A DNA stretch of 64,000 nt from Candidatus Babeliales bacterium (GTDB taxonomy: Bacteria; Babelota; Babeliae; Babelales; JBFXEV01). This document shows positions 60,568 through 64,000 of the stretch, in pieces. How positions within the stretch are numbered: position 1 is the first letter of the stretch; every line of letters starts with the position of its first letter. The DNA lies in contig JBFXEV010000001.1 of assembly GCA_050179755.1 (NCBI GenBank), positions 105,994 through 169,993 on the forward strand, in the 5' to 3' direction. The notes beneath the pieces were generated by a model. The model saw only the letters and a program-made list of their open reading frames with translations, searched no databases and was not told the DNA's origin. The position numbers and the translations under genes were made by a program.

Positions 60568-61894
60568 TAAGGGTCGCAATTATTGGATTATTCAAACGAT
60601 CAGCATTGCCTCCAGAATCAGTAATAATATATTGGGTTTTGCCTTGTTGCTTATTAAGCACGAGCGAAATCCAATGTTCCTCACCCTGAGGGTAGCCGGG
60701 AATTCCTGCCATAAGGCCGACCACAAAACCATGCACAAATGTATCAGCGCGTGCGTACCGATCAGCAATTTCACGAATTTTTTCATTTTCTCCAAATCCG
60801 CGAGGATCATCGAGCAATGGCACATTCTCAATAATGGTAATTCCATCAAAAGTTACTGGCATTGCATAAAGTAACCCGCCCGCCTTTTGCTCAACGTCTA
60901 TTATTTGCTGTATTTGGTTTTCTTTAATCCAATCACCGTAATAATCTACTTGATTCATTACATTACTTATATTATACGATAATGCTGCACTAATCTGGGC
61001 AATGCCCTTATACTTTACCGGCTTGTTATCTACCGGAACATGCGTACCAAATTCTATTGTATCTTTCAACCGAGGCAAATACTGCGCAATAGCTTCATCT
61101 GATCTTACATATTCATTAAAATTAAAGTGTTCAAGACCCTCAATATCCCCGGAAATAGTCTGTTTGGAATTCTTAATAGCATCTATAAGTTCCCTTTTTG
61201 TGACAGGCTTTTTATAAAATCTATCATGTTCGGGAAAATCTGATGGCGCTTGCATGGTATTTGCCTGTATCTCAGTCATAATCTTTTGCATTAAATCTGG
61301 GCTAAATTTGTTTGTGAGAACACTTTGATAAAAACCTCGCATTTTTTCGCGAAACCTATCTTGCAACCCTTGATTTAATTGTTGTGCTGCCCGCGGCAAA
61401 GATGGCAGGTTTTCTTTATCTCTTGGATCATACAATAATTGCAATAACCTTTCATCGACTACCCATTTAATGACTCGTCGATACATACTTTGCAAAACTA
61501 GAACCCGCCAACGCCCCAACGGATTTTGTTTACTAAATAATTCTTGCGCAAGAGAAAGGCTCGTCAAATCGGCTAACGCTGCTTTGCCAAATATAATTCG
61601 AGGAATAAAAATTGCATTTTTGAGAGCCTGATAACCGCAACTTGCTCCACCACCATATTCTGGCCCTGCAAACTGATTAAGAACTGGCAATTGAACAATT
61701 TCTTGACCCCATACAATACTTTTTTGAGGACTATCAAAAAAATGCTGTGCTCGCGCTTGTCCACTAGTTTTTAAGTGTTGCTCAAGGCTATAAAGTGAGC
61801 GTGATAAATTTTGTAATTGTTCAGAAATTTGCGCACAAACGGTGTAAGGCACTATTAAGAATAAACTCAATGTGCTGATAAAAATTACTTGCAT
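60542..61894 (-). CDS. Exported putative papain-fold cysteine protease (Josephin-like)
   Basis: Signal peptide; Q74, SC86GYQALKN, EH407W, TD426S. Confidence 0.6.
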   Translation of the reverse strand: MQVIFISTLSLFLIVPYTVCAQISEQLQNLSRSLYSLEQHLKTSGQARAQHFFDSPQKSIVWGQEIVQLPVLNQFAGPEYGGGASCGYQALKNAIFIPRIIFGKAALADLTSLSLAQELFSKQNPLGRWRVLVLQSMYRRVIKWVVDERLLQLLYDPRDKENLPSLPRAAQQLNQGLQDRFREKMRGFYQSVLTNKFSPDLMQKIMTEIQANTMQAPSDFPEHDRFYKKPVTKRELIDAIKNSKQTISGDIEGLEHFNFNEYVRSDEAIAQYLPRLKDTIEFGTHVPVDNKPVKYKGIAQISAALSYNISNVMNQVDYYGDWIKENQIQQIIDVEQKAGGLLYAMPVTFDGITIIENVPLLDDPRGFGENEKIREIADRYARADTFVHGFVVGLMAGIPGYPQGEEHWISLVLNKQQGKTQYIITDSGGNADRLNNPIIATLIKHLEGKA

Positions 61895-62009
61895 ACACTT
61901 CCTTAAAAATATTAAGTTACCATTAACTTTAACATTATAACAAATAGTATCAACGAATAACTATTTCTTTTCCGCAACAGATATTTTTTCACTAGTATAT
62001 TCCTAACAA

Positions 62010-62043
62010 CAAAAGGGGCGCTTTGTGCGCCCCTTTTGCTTTT
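62010..62043. terminator. Rho-independent terminator of nrdAB
   Basis: CAAAAGGGGCGC-TTTGT-GCGCCCCTTTTG. Confidence 0.85.
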
Positions 62044-62062
62044 TAATCGCAGTCCAGTGAAC

Positions 62063-62090
62063 CCGCCCTCTACGCCAAGGCTACGCCGGG
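62063..62090. repeat. REP-like palindrome
   Basis: CCCGCCCTCTACGCCAAGGCTACGCCGG; related to 44641..44666. Confidence 0.45.
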
Positions 62091-62127
62091 CTTGAATTGA
62101 TAAACACTGAGGGCGCTATCTTTTCTA

Positions 62128-63135
62128 TCAATCCCAATCTAATGAGCCAGCAGTTTGATACTCAGTCACCCGAGTTTCAAAGAAATTCTTTTCTTTATTC
62201 AAATCAGTTGATTGAGACATCCAAGGAAATGGATTTTCTTTAAAATACAATTTAGGTAATCCAATGCGTTCTAATCTACGATCAGTCACATGTTCTACAT
62301 AATCACAAAATTGATCTGCATTAATACCCAAAAGACCTTCTGGGCACGCGTCATGTGCATATCGAGATTCAAGTATTACTGCTTTTTTAATAAGCTCTAC
62401 TACTTCCTCCTGAAATTGCTCAGTCCACACTTCTGGATTTTCAGCTTTAATCGCATTGATTAAATCGCAACCAAATGCCAAATGAATACTTTCATCGCGC
62501 ATGATATATTCAAATTGCTCACCAGTACCCACCATTTTACCTTGGCGCTTTAATGCAAGCATCATGGCAAAACCTGCATAAAAGAAAATACCTTCCATAA
62601 TTACATAAAACCCAATAAGGTCATGCAAAAATTTCTGCGTGTTTTCAACACCTTGCGTGGTAAATCCAGGCTCAAAAATAGATTTGGTTAATTCAATAAC
62701 AAATGAATCCTTTTGTGCAATAGAAGGAATCGTATTATACATATTATAAATTTCATCTGGATCAAGACCCAAACTATCGCAACAATAAATAAACGTATCA
62801 GTGTGCACAGCTTCTTCAAATGCCTGCCGCAATAAGTATTGGCGGCATTCTGGGTTGGTTACATGCTGATAGACTGCAAGCACTAGGTTATTTGCAGTCA
62901 GAGATTCTGCGGTTGCAAAGAAGCCCAAATTCCACAAAATAAGTCTACGTTCTTTATCACTGAGCGCATCTTTTGAACGCCATTGCTCAATGTCCATTTG
63001 CATAGATACTTCTTCGGGCGTCCAGTTGTTTGCAATGCCATTTTTATAATGTTCACGCGCCCATAAATAGGTCATAGGCAATATTTTATTGGGATCAACT
63101 TGAGAATTGTTTATAATGCTTTTTCGTTTTTGCAT
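62128..63135 (-). CDS. nrdB: Ribonucleotide reductase beta subunit, class Ic (Mn/Fe) type
   Basis: E77, EEAVH111, F115, E181, DESIH218, C-terminal FFETRVTEY. Confidence 0.93.
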   Translation of the reverse strand: MQKRKSIINNSQVDPNKILPMTYLWAREHYKNGIANNWTPEEVSMQMDIEQWRSKDALSDKERRLILWNLGFFATAESLTANNLVLAVYQHVTNPECRQYLLRQAFEEAVHTDTFIYCCDSLGLDPDEIYNMYNTIPSIAQKDSFVIELTKSIFEPGFTTQGVENTQKFLHDLIGFYVIMEGIFFYAGFAMMLALKRQGKMVGTGEQFEYIMRDESIHLAFGCDLINAIKAENPEVWTEQFQEEVVELIKKAVILESRYAHDACPEGLLGINADQFCDYVEHVTDRRLERIGLPKLYFKENPFPWMSQSTDLNKEKNFFETRVTEYQTAGSLDWD

Positions 63136-63165
63136 TGTCTTTCCTTATCGGAATTTTCACCTTCC

Positions 63166-63271
63166 CTTCGATACAATTCGCTTCGCGAACACTCAGGGCG
63201 AGCGGTGAAAAAATAATTTATTTTAAACCGCTCATACTGAGTGTTTTTTCGACAGAAAAAATGTATCGAAG
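63166..63271. repeat. Inverted pair of REP-like palindromes (REPIN-like)
   Basis: CTTCGATACA..CACTCAGGGCGAGCGGT (63166-63206) and an inverted copy at 63227-63271, each with an internal variable hairpin. Confidence 0.75.
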
Positions 63272-63289
63272 TATAAAGCGTATTTTGCG

Positions 63290-64000
63290 CTATTGGCAAC
63301 TTTCACAGCTTAAATCATCAGGATTACATGCAGCACCTTTTTGCATAGCTACTGGTGCTACAACTTCATCTTTCTCTACCGTACCAAAATCACGTTTTTG
63401 CGTAAAGCCATATTTACTTGCATCCAGCGTAGATTTCTCAATTTGGGATGCACCAAGTGTACGTAGATAATACGTGGTTTTTAAGCCGCATTTCCATGCT
63501 GTTGTATAAATCTCATCAAGCTTTTTGCCAGAAACACCTTTCATAAACACGTTATGTGATTGACTTTGGTCTATCCATTTACCACGCGCTGCAGTGATTT
63601 TAATCAAATGTACTGGGTCAAGTTCAAATGATCCTTTGTAAAGATCTTTAATATGCTGCGGAATACGTGCAATGTTTTGCAATTCACCATCATGGAATTT
63701 AATATCCTCAAGCATATGTTGATCCCAAAGCCCAAGCTTTTTCAAATCGCGAAGTAAGAATCTATTAATAATCGTAAATTCACCGGCAATATTTGATTTT
63801 ACATACAAGTTTCGGTACGCAGGTTCAATACACGGGTATGATCCTGCAATATTAGAAATGGTTGCGGTTGGTGCAATAGAAAGAACATTTGAATTGCGCA
63901 TACCATGTTGTTTTACAAATGCACGCACTGGTGCCCAATCTAACCTGCTTGTACGAGAAACATCAATCTTCATACCACGTTCTTGCTCAAGAAGTGCAAT
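63290..64000 (-). CDS. nrdA: Ribonucleotide reductase alpha subunit, 3' part (gene starts beyond the window)
   Basis: GMRNS..IAPTATIS, WIDQSQS, LKTTYYLR, C-terminal CESCQ. Confidence 0.96.
   Translation of the reverse strand: MALLEQERGMKIDVSRTSRLDWAPVRAFVKQHGMRNSNVLSIAPTATISNIAGSYPCIEPAYRNLYVKSNIAGEFTIINRFLLRDLKKLGLWDQHMLEDIKFHDGELQNIARIPQHIKDLYKGSFELDPVHLIKITAARGKWIDQSQSHNVFMKGVSGKKLDEIYTTAWKCGLKTTYYLRTLGASQIEKSTLDASKYGFTQKRDFGTVEKDEVVAPVAMQKGAACNPDDLSCESCQ

Noticed and set aside
1..64000. Short alternative-frame and antisense ORFs of 60-140 aa; prophage, transposase, integrase or defence systems; rRNA and tRNA
   Set aside because: The short ORFs lie inside well-supported genes and lack motifs; no hallmark sequences of the other classes were seen

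Overview
AT-rich, gene-dense bacterial chromosomal segment. Gene content suggests a protist-parasitic bacterium, most likely Ca. Dependentiae/TM6 (inference): many signal-peptide ankyrin and WD40 proteins, Chlamydia-type tgt/yhhQ and a class Ic-type nrdB. Housekeeping blocks are murB-yhhQ-tgt, mraY, mnmG, ABC-F-lgt-dnaG-rpoD-rpoD-CNNM, nfeD/SPFH, nagZ, tkt, pgi-zwf-gnd-cyclase, rseP, two thioredoxins, ppa and nrdAB. They alternate with small paralogous families of exported proteins. Strongest candidate for an undescribed system: a set of exported host-ubiquitin effectors. It comprises two tandem signal peptide + Skp1/ElonginC-like + WD40 + NLS-like fusions, a papain-fold Josephin-like protease and an ankyrin protein with an F-box-like tail. 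About 14 putatively exported ORFs have a Met immediately after the predicted signal-peptide cleavage site. Other highlights: a tandem duplicated primary sigma factor, an inverted pair of three-hairpin elements with covarying stems, an operon of disordered exported proteins sharing an R..FF C-terminal motif, and a cyclase-family hydrolase where pgl would be expected. No rRNA, tRNA, CRISPR array, transposase or prophage was seen. All domain calls are by eye, with no database searches.
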